IMG/VR virus record: IMGVR_UViG_3300042934_000547 | Coordinates: 124,001-188,000 of that record | Length of the DNA: 64,000 bases | Reading direction: 5' to 3' (one strand) | Shown: positions 30,188 through 39,356 of the stretch, in pieces | Layout: each line of letters starts with the position of its first letter | Numbering within the stretch: the first letter of the stretch is position 1 | Notes under the pieces: generated by a model | Told to the model about the DNA's origin: nothing | The model's input: the letters and a program-made list of their open reading frames with translations, nothing else | Databases searched by the model: none | Program-made: the position numbers and the translations under genes

Positions 30188-30217
30188 TATAATATATATT
30201 TGTAAAACAAATTATTA
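30188..30217. promoter_or_regulatory. Divergent early-type (minus) and late-type (plus) promoters
   Basis: TATAATATA 30188-30196; AACA-aattat-TA 30206-30217. Confidence 0.65.
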
Positions 30218-30239
30218 ATGGTAAAGGAGGGAGTTATTA

Positions 30240-30794
30240 ATGATATTCAAAAAATACAAAATAACATGTCCATTTGGACCACGTTCAATAAAGGTGAATG
30301 GTAAAGTTGATAATAGAAACCATAATGGTATTGATTTTGTAGCTATTGGAGATACAACCGTTTATTCCCCAATATCTGGTAAAGTGATAACCAGTCAATA
30401 CATTACAGATAAGAATAATAGTCTATGGCAATATGGAAATTATGTATGCATTCAAAGTGCCGATAATCATGTTCACTATTTCGCACATCTAGCATCGAGA
30501 TATGTTAGGGTTGGCGATTTTGTTCAGCAAGGTCAAAGTATAGGAGTTATGGGTAATACTGGATATAGTACTGGTGCCCATACACATTACGGTATAAAAA
30601 GTCCAGTTTCAAATAAATTTATCAATCCAATTGATTATTACAATACAGTTCGACAAGCTCAATCGATGGGTTCTGCATCACAAGGTAATTCAGGTGGATT
30701 AGATGTATTTGGATATAATAAACTAGAAAAAGGTATCCAAGATATAATGGCTATTTCAATAGAGCAAGCACTTAATCAAAGACTTAAAAAATAA
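30240..30794 (+). CDS. M23 family peptidoglycan endopeptidase
   Basis: HNGID, YGNYV, FAHL, GNTGYSTGAHTH. Confidence 0.92.
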   Translation: MIFKKYKITCPFGPRSIKVNGKVDNRNHNGIDFVAIGDTTVYSPISGKVITSQYITDKNNSLWQYGNYVCIQSADNHVHYFAHLASRYVRVGDFVQQGQSIGVMGNTGYSTGAHTHYGIKSPVSNKFINPIDYYNTVRQAQSMGSASQGNSGGLDVFGYNKLEKGIQDIMAISIEQALNQRLKK

Positions 30795-30795
30795 A

Positions 30796-30819
30796 GGAGT
30801 AGACTTATAAGTCTACTCC
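30796..30819. terminator. Bidirectional terminator (24-bp palindrome)
   Basis: GGAGTAGACTTATAAGTCTACTCC. Confidence 0.8.
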
Positions 30820-30828
30820 CATTTTTAT

Positions 30829-32025
30829 TTACCAAATTTTAGTCACATCAACGTCAAATATTCTTATTGTAGAGTCATGGAATTTTTTCATATTTTTCTG
30901 CATTATCGTATTAGGGTATCCAACTGTTGTCATACCTATTTTAGTAATTCCTATACGTTTAAATAATGTAGAAGAACATGTTTGACATATACCATCCTTA
31001 CATTCACACATAGAACTATAACGCATTTTGACTTTCTTCCCAATATATTTATTCATATTGTCGGTTGTTAATTCTACTAGTTTAGTTCCTTCGATTATAT
31101 ATCCATAAATCCAACCTCTAATATTTCCATCAGTCAGTGCTACATCAATATACCTGTCCGTGTGACAATCATTAGTTTCAGATTGCACAACATGTTGTAG
31201 AGCCCTTATGAATAACTTAACCCAGTATCCACCAATAGCAGTATTGTTTGATTTCGCATATACCCCTGCTACAAGTGAGTTACCAAATAAGACATATTCA
31301 TCTTTAGAGATTCCATCCATATATGAGCTAACCCCAACATCGAAACCTTTAACTGGATCTATATTTTTAATAGCACCCTTCATTATGTAAATATTCTTGA
31401 AATGGTTATCAATAGAACCTTTTGCACCAGATTTAAATTGTTCCAGTCCCTCATCATTTGGACCTAGGATATTTATAGCTTCATTAGTTAACTCTTTTTC
31501 AATCTTGTCTGATACCTTAAAGTCGCCTTTTTCTAAAGCTTCTTTATTCTCCTTGATAAGTTTCTTCTTCTTGGTTCTAATTTTATCAGAAACTCTAAAG
31601 AAGTTCTCAGAATAATGAGAAGATAGAACAAAAATAAATGATAAGAAAAATTGATATTTATCTTCATATCTAACGAGTTGTTCAGCTGTGATTTTATCCT
31701 CATTTAGTGCAAATGATAGTTTTTCATCAAGTTTCTCATATAATTTCTGAGTTAATGGTTCATTGATATATCCCAAAACATTACTCACATCTTCGATAAA
31801 GTATTTATTAAATACCCATATCCCGAGTGTGGTCTTACATGGTTTGGTATTCTTTTTAACTTTCCCATACTTTCCAGCAGGTATAATGATAGTGTCCTGT
31901 GGATCATATTTGCGAACTTCATTTAAGAATCCAAAGTTTTTAATAATGAATGTTCTAGTTACATCTTTTTCTTCAATATTTAAGAAGTAATTTAGAGTAG
32001 TTTTATCAGTTATCATTTTCGCCAT
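30829..32025 (-). CDS. Phage RNA polymerase beta-prime, C-terminal fragment (probably virion RNAP)
   Basis: TTLG..VFN, SGAKG, SYMDG, bridge-helix-like TAIGGY, DCHT, RYSSMC, GICQTC, MKKFH. Confidence 0.88.
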   Translation of the reverse strand: MAKMITDKTTLNYFLNIEEKDVTRTFIIKNFGFLNEVRKYDPQDTIIIPAGKYGKVKKNTKPCKTTLGIWVFNKYFIEDVSNVLGYINEPLTQKLYEKLDEKLSFALNEDKITAEQLVRYEDKYQFFLSFIFVLSSHYSENFFRVSDKIRTKKKKLIKENKEALEKGDFKVSDKIEKELTNEAINILGPNDEGLEQFKSGAKGSIDNHFKNIYIMKGAIKNIDPVKGFDVGVSSYMDGISKDEYVLFGNSLVAGVYAKSNNTAIGGYWVKLFIRALQHVVQSETNDCHTDRYIDVALTDGNIRGWIYGYIIEGTKLVELTTDNMNKYIGKKVKMRYSSMCECKDGICQTCSSTLFKRIGITKIGMTTVGYPNTIMQKNMKKFHDSTIRIFDVDVTKIW

Positions 32026-32041
32026 AACTATCACTCCTTAA

Positions 32042-32866
32042 TTAGAAGAATAACTGATAAATTATATCCAGTGCTTTACCATCTTCTATAAGGAATTCAG
32101 TCATGAAGTGAACTAATGTAACTGGTCTAATTCTAGTATATTTAGCACCAGTTGGAGTCGTCTCTTTTAATGCACTACATAAATGCATAGAACTAACCAT
32201 ACAATCCAAAGGTCTACCAATTAAATTGAAATGTTCCTTGAAATCGTCAACAGTAACTGACATTATCAATTCGCTATATGTATCAATCGGTTTAGTGGTT
32301 GGCTCGTATAACGTAGTAAGAACTGTATTGTCAGATATTCTTCTAAATTGTGGAATATCATCAAATTCTTTAAAATAATACTTATCCAATCCGTCAATAG
32401 TTTTCTTTCCTGTGTATTTAGAATCAATACTTGTTCCAGTAGGAACACATCTAAACGGTAACAAATCAGCTGGTGCGATTCTTGAATTATACTCAGTTTT
32501 CTTACGAGCATTCGCAGCATTATCGCATCCAGTATTTGCCATACAGAATAAATATACTTTTTCAGCTGCTGTTATTTCTGTACTAGGAATAGTACCCTTA
32601 TCATTTAAATTTAGGTCTAAATCGTAGTAAACTAAACTAGCTGCTGGTGGTACATAACCTAACCATTTTTCTGCATTGAACATACTTCCATTAATATTTA
32701 CAATATTGGTTGTTTCGTGTTCATCAACAATCTTACCATTCTTTTTACTTTTAAATAATACCTTGTTTTGACGATACCTAACTTCATCACCAGAACCAAC
32801 ACCGTTGATTTGATAATCGTCATTTAGTTTTAATATATCTCTTTGTAATAAAATCTTTTTAGACAT
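32042..32866 (-). CDS. Probable virion (baseplate/tail) structural protein
   Basis: In the late operon; YYFKEFD, DIIYQLFF-type ending. Confidence 0.5.
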   Translation of the reverse strand: MSKKILLQRDILKLNDDYQINGVGSGDEVRYRQNKVLFKSKKNGKIVDEHETTNIVNINGSMFNAEKWLGYVPPAASLVYYDLDLNLNDKGTIPSTEITAAEKVYLFCMANTGCDNAANARKKTEYNSRIAPADLLPFRCVPTGTSIDSKYTGKKTIDGLDKYYFKEFDDIPQFRRISDNTVLTTLYEPTTKPIDTYSELIMSVTVDDFKEHFNLIGRPLDCMVSSMHLCSALKETTPTGAKYTRIRPVTLVHFMTEFLIEDGKALDIIYQLFF

Positions 32867-35162
32867 TTATCCTCACCTCATCTATATAAAAATTATCTCT
32901 TGGTCTTACATTATCCTTAAATATTAACTTTGAAACAACGATTGGGTTTTCTTCATACATACTAGTTTTGTCGTGGTCTTTAAACGTAAGGCTTCCATGA
33001 ATACCAGCAATCTTATCATATATTTTAACTTGATTTTCCGTTTTATCTTTAAATATATACATATTAGAGATATTGGAAATATCAATCATATACGATTTGA
33101 AGAATGAAAGTATCTCGTATATATATCTAGAAATAGGATATATAGTTATAACTGGGATTGAATGCGATACGTATTTGAAATGACCTTCTTTTAGTAGCTC
33201 CTCGATAGCAAAAATGATATTTACGGATGCTTCATTTAGAATAGATTTAACCTCCTCAATATCTTTATCAATCACTTGATTAACAACTTCATACAATAGT
33301 GGGTCATTATATTGAATGAATTCACTATACGTATTTGCTATTCTACCTAGTTCATCAATATAAAAAACCTCTTTGTTTACTTTTGTATACATCAATGCAT
33401 CATGTATTTGTTTATATAGTTGATAGGTTCTGTGATCACTTGTGTTTTCCATGACACTAACCAAATGATTATAAACCTTTTCATTACTTAAATACACATC
33501 CATGACTTCGTTAAATGATAAAAATCTATCTTTAGGAATAATAAAATTATCTAGCATGAAATCAGCATTAGTAAACCCATTATCCCTTATTATTTGACTT
33601 AACTCGGTTAAATCTGCTTCAAAGTTAAATCCTTTGATTTGTAATATATCTGCCGTATCTGTAAAAATAGTATCAACAATTCCATATTTAGCGTATATTG
33701 TATAAAATAGGAATGATACTAAATCTATAATACGAAATTCGTGACCAGCACCTATTTCTGGAACTCTACAAGTTAAAGTTTCCACTAAATGCCCACTATT
33801 GACAATAGTATTGAATAAATAACAAAATTCAAATTCCAACACATTCATATCATATAATGTATTGATACTGATGTATTTAGATAGGTCAATGTTAAATTCC
33901 TGCTCTAATATTTTTTGTTTTATTACAGCTGGGTCTTCTCCACCTGTCCAATAGTAGTCTGAGCTGGTTACAGATTCATAACTTTCTAAAGACTTTTTAT
34001 CGAAGATATATTCATTGATATCTTTACCTACCTGAACTTTAAGAAATTCAAGTGAATAGTTTTTATCATAATCTTCTTTAGTTTCTCCGGTTTCTGGATC
34101 TTGAATATATTCTAAGACGAAATTACCACTTTCATCAAGTTTCCTATTACGAATTAGATAATATTGGAAAACCTTGATATTCTCAAATCCAAATAAGTTA
34201 CATACATCTATTACGTTTGTATTAGATGATTTATACTTGATAAATCTATTTAGATTCTGCATCATTAATCTACGATATTTACTTGGTATTGTATTAAAAG
34301 ACGGTAACCCGTTAGAGGCAAATATTTCATTCATTGTCTCTCTATCAAAGAAATCTTGTCTAATAAACATTTCCGGTAAATCGAGTATGACTTCATTCAT
34401 TGTCTGTATTTTGATAAACATTTCGATGAATTCATCATAATAAACAGAACTCAACTTTAATGCTTCAGAATAAACAGCCTTTAATGTATAGTGAATTTGC
34501 TGTTTTAATTTTTCTAAGTATAAGTTCCTAATATTCTCCATCTCAATGGTAGGAACAAATAGGATGTCAAGCTTTTTAGCCTTTCTAGCAGTATAATATG
34601 ATATTGATTTCGAACCTAAATAATTTAAATACTTTTCATCTGGATTCAATGCTATAAGATTTTTGATAACTCCTATTTTTTCTAATGTATCATATTGAGC
34701 TACATTTAATTGATGAAAAAATAAATTGTTATCAACTAAATCTCCACTGTAATAATCTCCGACTAATATTCCATCTTCACCAATGGGAGGAATACCATGG
34801 AGCATTCTATAATATGGATTTAAATCTTGGTAATTCTTTATCATATATAGACGCATTTCTTCAACTAAGATATTTCGTTTGAGTGGTGGAATTTTATTCT
34901 TATCAGCTATACATTCGTCAATTAATGGACCATCATCAAGTATTTTTAGTAATACCTCTCTAGGATACACATCCCATGTATTAAAATTTACTTTAAATTC
35001 ATTCCATGTGATAAATTTATCGCCCTCACGGATACTATCAACCGTTTCGTTGTTTATTGCCTTATCTTTATTTTTAAGAACAGTTCCAAATACCAGAATT
35101 TTTAGATTATGGACAATATTATCCATGACACTATTACTGGTATAAATCTTATTAATATCCAT
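32859..35162 (-). CDS. Large probable virion (baseplate) structural protein
   Basis: 767 aa; NPYYRMLHGIPP, LNRFIKYKSS; first gene after the late promoter. Confidence 0.55.
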   Translation of the reverse strand: MDINKIYTSNSVMDNIVHNLKILVFGTVLKNKDKAINNETVDSIREGDKFITWNEFKVNFNTWDVYPREVLLKILDDGPLIDECIADKNKIPPLKRNILVEEMRLYMIKNYQDLNPYYRMLHGIPPIGEDGILVGDYYSGDLVDNNLFFHQLNVAQYDTLEKIGVIKNLIALNPDEKYLNYLGSKSISYYTARKAKKLDILFVPTIEMENIRNLYLEKLKQQIHYTLKAVYSEALKLSSVYYDEFIEMFIKIQTMNEVILDLPEMFIRQDFFDRETMNEIFASNGLPSFNTIPSKYRRLMMQNLNRFIKYKSSNTNVIDVCNLFGFENIKVFQYYLIRNRKLDESGNFVLEYIQDPETGETKEDYDKNYSLEFLKVQVGKDINEYIFDKKSLESYESVTSSDYYWTGGEDPAVIKQKILEQEFNIDLSKYISINTLYDMNVLEFEFCYLFNTIVNSGHLVETLTCRVPEIGAGHEFRIIDLVSFLFYTIYAKYGIVDTIFTDTADILQIKGFNFEADLTELSQIIRDNGFTNADFMLDNFIIPKDRFLSFNEVMDVYLSNEKVYNHLVSVMENTSDHRTYQLYKQIHDALMYTKVNKEVFYIDELGRIANTYSEFIQYNDPLLYEVVNQVIDKDIEEVKSILNEASVNIIFAIEELLKEGHFKYVSHSIPVITIYPISRYIYEILSFFKSYMIDISNISNMYIFKDKTENQVKIYDKIAGIHGSLTFKDHDKTSMYEENPIVVSKLIFKDNVRPRDNFYIDEVRINV

Positions 35163-35190
35163 ATTCCTCTCCTTTCATTGTATTTTTGCT

Positions 35191-35220
35191 TATATATATG
35201 TTTTCTTAAACATTTCTATA
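35191..35220. promoter_or_regulatory. Divergent pair of late-type AACA-N6-TA promoters
   Basis: Minus 35191-35202, plus 35209-35220. Confidence 0.7.
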
Positions 35221-35236
35221 ATACCATAGGGAGGGT

Positions 35237-35899
35237 TTGAATATGGAAGAATTAAATCAAATAATGAAACAAGAACCTATTAATGATAATCCGTTTTTGT
35301 ATTCACCAGAAGATGATATATCGATATTTTTTGCACAAACAAGAGAGACACTATACAATAGTGAATTATACAATAACTTCGTAAATAATGCTGTAAAAGT
35401 ATTCAGAAGTTCAAAAACTTACAAGAATTATAAGAGTTATTTAATGGAAATGGGATTGAATAGATGTCAGCATTTTAGTAATATAATTGCTGATGAAATG
35501 GCTGAGGTAGAATTACATCACAATATGCTTACATTACACGATATAGCTCTTATCATTTGTGAGCATGTTCTTAATACTATAGGTCAAATAACAACTTTCC
35601 AGTTACGTCAATTAATTAAAGAGGAACATAAGCAAAATCATGTGCAGATAGTAATGCTATCAAAAACGCCACATCAGATGTATACTAATACTGACCAAAT
35701 GTTTTACCATCCAGATAATACATTCGGAGATTGGGAATCATTCGTATTCAGATATAGATATGGAATTACATTTGATATAGCTAATAAACTTATTGCTTAT
35801 ATTGGATTAATACAGTCAGAAAAGAATTCATATGATAATAATGCTTTAAAATTAAGAGATGAGATATTGTCATTTGCTTATCAAAACGCAGAAATATAA
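35237..35899 (+). CDS. HNH-like (His-Me finger) protein, paralog of 45381..46154
   Basis: RC...ELHH..TLHDI...MLSKTPHQ. Confidence 0.55.
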   Translation: MNMEELNQIMKQEPINDNPFLYSPEDDISIFFAQTRETLYNSELYNNFVNNAVKVFRSSKTYKNYKSYLMEMGLNRCQHFSNIIADEMAEVELHHNMLTLHDIALIICEHVLNTIGQITTFQLRQLIKEEHKQNHVQIVMLSKTPHQMYTNTDQMFYHPDNTFGDWESFVFRYRYGITFDIANKLIAYIGLIQSEKNSYDNNALKLRDEILSFAYQNAEI

Positions 35900-35912
35900 A
35901 AAAAAAAATAAA

Positions 35913-35934
35913 GTGGAACTCGTTTGAGTTCCAC
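35913..35934. terminator. Bidirectional terminator
   Basis: GTGGAACTC-gttt-GAGTTCCAC flanked by A and T runs. Confidence 0.8.
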
Positions 35935-35938
35935 CATT

Positions 35939-36397
35939 TTATTCTTGATTTGCATTTATTAAGGTAACCTTTGTTTGACTCACAAATTTATTGTGTTTAT
36001 TTATACAATCACCCAATTGAAGTCTAATCTTTGGGGTTAGAATCAAATGTATATTTTCCTCATTATATACAATACTTATTCTATGTAAGAGTACAGGTGA
36101 TATATTATTTACGATTTGGGTTTTAACCTCATCCAATATTTCAACTTCCTGTTCATCCTTAATAACTGCTCGGTTATAATATATGAAGAGAAATTCTTCA
36201 ATCGTTTCTCTTATAAAAGCATTGAATAAAAGTATATCATCACCAACGCCTTCATAATTAAACTGGGCTAATTCATGATCTCTTTGTAATGAAGCAATTC
36301 TAAATTTGTTAATCTGATTTACGTACAATATAGCCACTATCAATAAACCGACGAGTGTAACCCATATTATGCATAATAAAGTTAAAATTAAATTCAT
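35939..36397 (-). CDS. Membrane-anchored hypothetical protein
   Basis: N-terminal TM helix. Confidence 0.65.
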   Translation of the reverse strand: MNLILTLLCIIWVTLVGLLIVAILYVNQINKFRIASLQRDHELAQFNYEGVGDDILLFNAFIRETIEEFLFIYYNRAVIKDEQEVEILDEVKTQIVNNISPVLLHRISIVYNEENIHLILTPKIRLQLGDCINKHNKFVSQTKVTLINANQE

Positions 36398-36408
36398 ACT
36401 ATCACATC

Positions 36409-36858
36409 CTATTTACGTATTTTACACCATAATACAATTACATAAATGATTGAAACTAAAACTACACAAACCGTAAATATCACCGAAAACATACCATACA
36501 ATACCAATGGTTCTAAACCACTACCAACAATAAGTTCCGATGTTAATTGGTATTGTGCACTTGCCATTGCAACACATGTTGATACAAAGCCAAGTACCAC
36601 AGAAATCCACATCATTGCATTAATCTTAGATGCTGCATATCTGTATTTAATATTGTTAGATTCTTTATCTGAATAAGTATTAACTGTCTTACAATTTTCT
36701 TTTTGGGTCAACGATGGTAATTCTATATTACCTGTTGATTCTGATAGTAACTCATTTATTCCATTTAGCATACTATCATAAGCAGCTCTTAAACTGTTAT
36801 AGTCTTCCACTGATACATATTTTTGTACTTTAACGTTTTCTTGTTCAACTGAACTCAT
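36409..36858 (-). CDS. Early two-TM membrane protein
   Basis: Two C-terminal TM helices; GGAGG RBS; behind a pseudoknot leader. Confidence 0.7.
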   Translation of the reverse strand: MSSVEQENVKVQKYVSVEDYNSLRAAYDSMLNGINELLSESTGNIELPSLTQKENCKTVNTYSDKESNNIKYRYAASKINAMMWISVVLGFVSTCVAMASAQYQLTSELIVGSGLEPLVLYGMFSVIFTVCVVLVSIIYVIVLWCKIRK

Positions 36859-36878
36859 TTTAAACCTCCAAATTACAC

Positions 36879-36957
36879 CTCACTTCTTTATAGAAGAATA
36901 GTTACGTGAGTTATATATCCAACCAAGGATATATTTCGATTATATTATTTACTATTC
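36879..36957 (-). promoter_or_regulatory. Predicted 5'-leader pseudoknot, copy C
   Basis: S1 GAATAGT/ACTATTC, S2 CTCAC/GTGAG, AAATAA loop, two inserted hairpins. Confidence 0.75.
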
Positions 36958-36962
36958 AATTC

Positions 36963-36995
36963 TATAATATATATTTAAAAATACTAATTTTTACA
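36963..36995 (-). promoter_or_regulatory. Bipartite early-type promoter TGTAAA-N18-TATATTATA
   Basis: + TATAATATA 36963-36971, TTTACA 36990-36995. Confidence 0.8.
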
Positions 36996-37005
36996 TCTGT
37001 TATAA

Positions 37006-37251
37006 TTATGGGTATGGACTCAATCTTGGTGGACGCATGTTTGGCTTGCATAATGGTTCACCATATTGATTATTGATTATAGTTTTAAGTGCCTTAATTT
37101 GTCCTTCATAATATGCCTTCATAGCATTATATTCTTCAAGTGTTACAGTTTTAGTTTGTCTGTTTTTAGATTTAAATCCCTGTGTGTTTATCATAACTTT
37201 ATCTATTTCTTCTTGTAAACTAGGAATTGCTGGTTCATTAAACATATCCAT
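37006..37251 (-). CDS. Small hypothetical protein
   Basis: GAGGA RBS; coiled-coil motif shared with 36409..36858. Confidence 0.65.
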   Translation of the reverse strand: MDMFNEPAIPSLQEEIDKVMINTQGFKSKNRQTKTVTLEEYNAMKAYYEGQIKALKTIINNQYGEPLCKPNMRPPRLSPYP

Positions 37252-37260
37252 TCTTCCTCT

Positions 37261-38019
37261 CTAATAATATATTTTTGACAGAAACTTATTTAATTCTGTT
37301 AGTATCTTCTTATTATAACCAATTTTAATATTATTAACATCATCGCAAGTATTTACACCATACTTGTTATATATATTAAATTTGCTGGTATGATTAAGTT
37401 CTCTATAATAATTCACATTCAAACTTCTATTACTATATTGCTGATAAAAGAATCGTGAATTGACTATAGCTTGTGCTACATTACCCGTCATCACTAAGTA
37501 ATATATATGACATATAAAATCTAACATATAATCTTTATGTAATTCGAGAAATGTATCTTTTATACCCTTGATATCAAGTTTTTCTGTATCAGCCATAATA
37601 TCATATTGATAATACGTCTCTAATGCTCCAATCCTATTAAATAGATTATATCTGTTTTTCTCAATAAAATTAATGTTATCGAATTGTGTAACCATAGGTT
37701 TTCGATTTACCAGAAACACAGCATCATTCTTTACCGATAGTATGTCATCAGGTAGTATGTTATTTATTGAAATGAAGTTATCAACTACTTCTGTAAATCC
37801 ACTTGACAATGCTTCTGATAGCTCCTTATTATTTTGAATCAATAAACCAACCTTACGATTACGTTCTTCTTTGGGTAATATCTTTAATGCATCATACAAA
37901 TTATCTTCTATCAATCCATATCGTTTCATTACATTGATATTACCTTGTTGTATATCATATTCATAAATAAATTTATTAACAATGAATTCATAATTTGGAT
38001 TAATATAAAATTTGCCCAT
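37261..38019 (-). CDS. Minimal DNA-polymerase-palm-like protein
   Basis: Motif A-like YEYDIQQGN and motif C-like ILSVKNDAVF; 252 aa, no exonuclease domain. Confidence 0.55.
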   Translation of the reverse strand: MGKFYINPNYEFIVNKFIYEYDIQQGNINVMKRYGLIEDNLYDALKILPKEERNRKVGLLIQNNKELSEALSSGFTEVVDNFISINNILPDDILSVKNDAVFLVNRKPMVTQFDNINFIEKNRYNLFNRIGALETYYQYDIMADTEKLDIKGIKDTFLELHKDYMLDFICHIYYLVMTGNVAQAIVNSRFFYQQYSNRSLNVNYYRELNHTSKFNIYNKYGVNTCDDVNNIKIGYNKKILTELNKFLSKIYY

Positions 38020-38438
38020 TATACTCGCCTTTCATCAGCCACACTAATATCAATACCATGAGATCTACATATTTTACTAAGGCATATATAAGACATAAAA
38101 CTGTGTATATCGTTTTCAACGATAATAGCCCTTTGATCTTTGATTAAATCATCAATAGTGTATGATATACAATCCCAGATACTTTGGTTTCGTCTTTCAT
38201 AAACTATTAATTCTCCCGTGGTACTGGAAATTATTGCCCCTAGAACTATAGCCATTTTCATTTGATTCTGAAATTTAATATCATCATCAACCGACGGTTT
38301 TACAATTATATCAAATATTTCCCTAGAAAATAAATAATCGTCATCTGTTATGCAATTATCTAATATCCTAATAAATTTCTCAGTATCTAAGTCATAAATT
38401 TCCGAGTCGTTTGATAATATAATTCTTAGACTAGACAT
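38019..38438 (-). CDS. Hypothetical protein
   Basis: Coupled ORF in the operon. Confidence 0.6.
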   Translation of the reverse strand: MSSLRIILSNDSEIYDLDTEKFIRILDNCITDDDYLFSREIFDIIVKPSVDDDIKFQNQMKMAIVLGAIISSTTGELIVYERRNQSIWDCISYTIDDLIKDQRAIIVENDIHSFMSYICLSKICRSHGIDISVADERRV

Positions 38439-38830
38439 AATAAATCTCCTCTGAAATCACATAAGACATAATCAGTTATTCTAGATACTTTCAATGCACC
38501 AATAAATTGTGTTAGTATCATATACAGTGGTGATGATATATTAAAATTATAAGGGATAAATATATCAAACCCTCTATTATAAAAATGTAATATTTCCATC
38601 ATAGGTAAGTGAATTTCGAAATTATCTATAACATGATCGACAAGGTTTGATACCTTATTACCTGATTTATTATAGTCAAATACACTCATCAACTCATTAG
38701 ATAGACGTTGAGATGATTGAAATTCCTCACCAATTTTAATAAGTCCCCTCATCAAATGCTGTTTATTTTTTAATTTAAATATTTCAAAACTTTCTTTATC
38801 AACATTCGTTGTATAGTATATATAAATCAT
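38426..38830 (-). CDS. Hypothetical protein
   Basis: AAGGAG RBS. Confidence 0.6.
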   Translation of the reverse strand: MIYIYYTTNVDKESFEIFKLKNKQHLMRGLIKIGEEFQSSQRLSNELMSVFDYNKSGNKVSNLVDHVIDNFEIHLPMMEILHFYNRGFDIFIPYNFNISSPLYMILTQFIGALKVSRITDYVLCDFRGDLLCLV

Positions 38831-38880
38831 CTTATTGTCTCCTTTTTAAATAAAAATAAAAGGTATACTAAATAGTATAC

Positions 38881-39351
38881 CTATCTTCTTATATTCGACA
38901 TCATCATTTCTCTTATGTCTTTATCAAGAACTTCTAGATATGGAGCAGCTATCTCTAGTTCTTTTATACCATCATAATCATCCATGCAGTTTATTTCTGT
39001 ATAGTTTGTATTATATCTATCAGTAATAAATCCTATAATTTCATATAACAAAATACCTTTTACGGTATATTTATTGTTACATACAATATATACATCTATA
39101 CCATTATAAATATAATACGAAAAAGCACTGAATAGAAATAACAGTGTACATCTAGCATGTGGATTACTGAATGGTGCTGTTAAGCTTTCTAAATATTGTC
39201 TACTGTACGCTGATATATCATTTTGTTTGTTACGTGAGACACAAGGTTGTATCCCAAAGACCATTTCCGCCAGACTCTCACCATCAGGTACAATTGATTT
39301 TTCATTTGTACTAGGTTGTATTAAACTCTGGTCATTTACTATATATAACAT
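38881..39351 (-). CDS. Hypothetical protein
   Basis: GGAGG RBS. Confidence 0.6.
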   Translation of the reverse strand: MLYIVNDQSLIQPSTNEKSIVPDGESLAEMVFGIQPCVSRNKQNDISAYSRQYLESLTAPFSNPHARCTLLFLFSAFSYYIYNGIDVYIVCNNKYTVKGILLYEIIGFITDRYNTNYTEINCMDDYDGIKELEIAAPYLEVLDKDIREMMMSNIRR

Positions 39352-39356
39352 TTTGG

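Noticed and set aside
30108-30828. Intron or frameshift joining the two beta-prime fragments
   Set aside because: The C-half is upstream of the N-half, each has its own RBS, and a terminator and an inverted gene lie between them.
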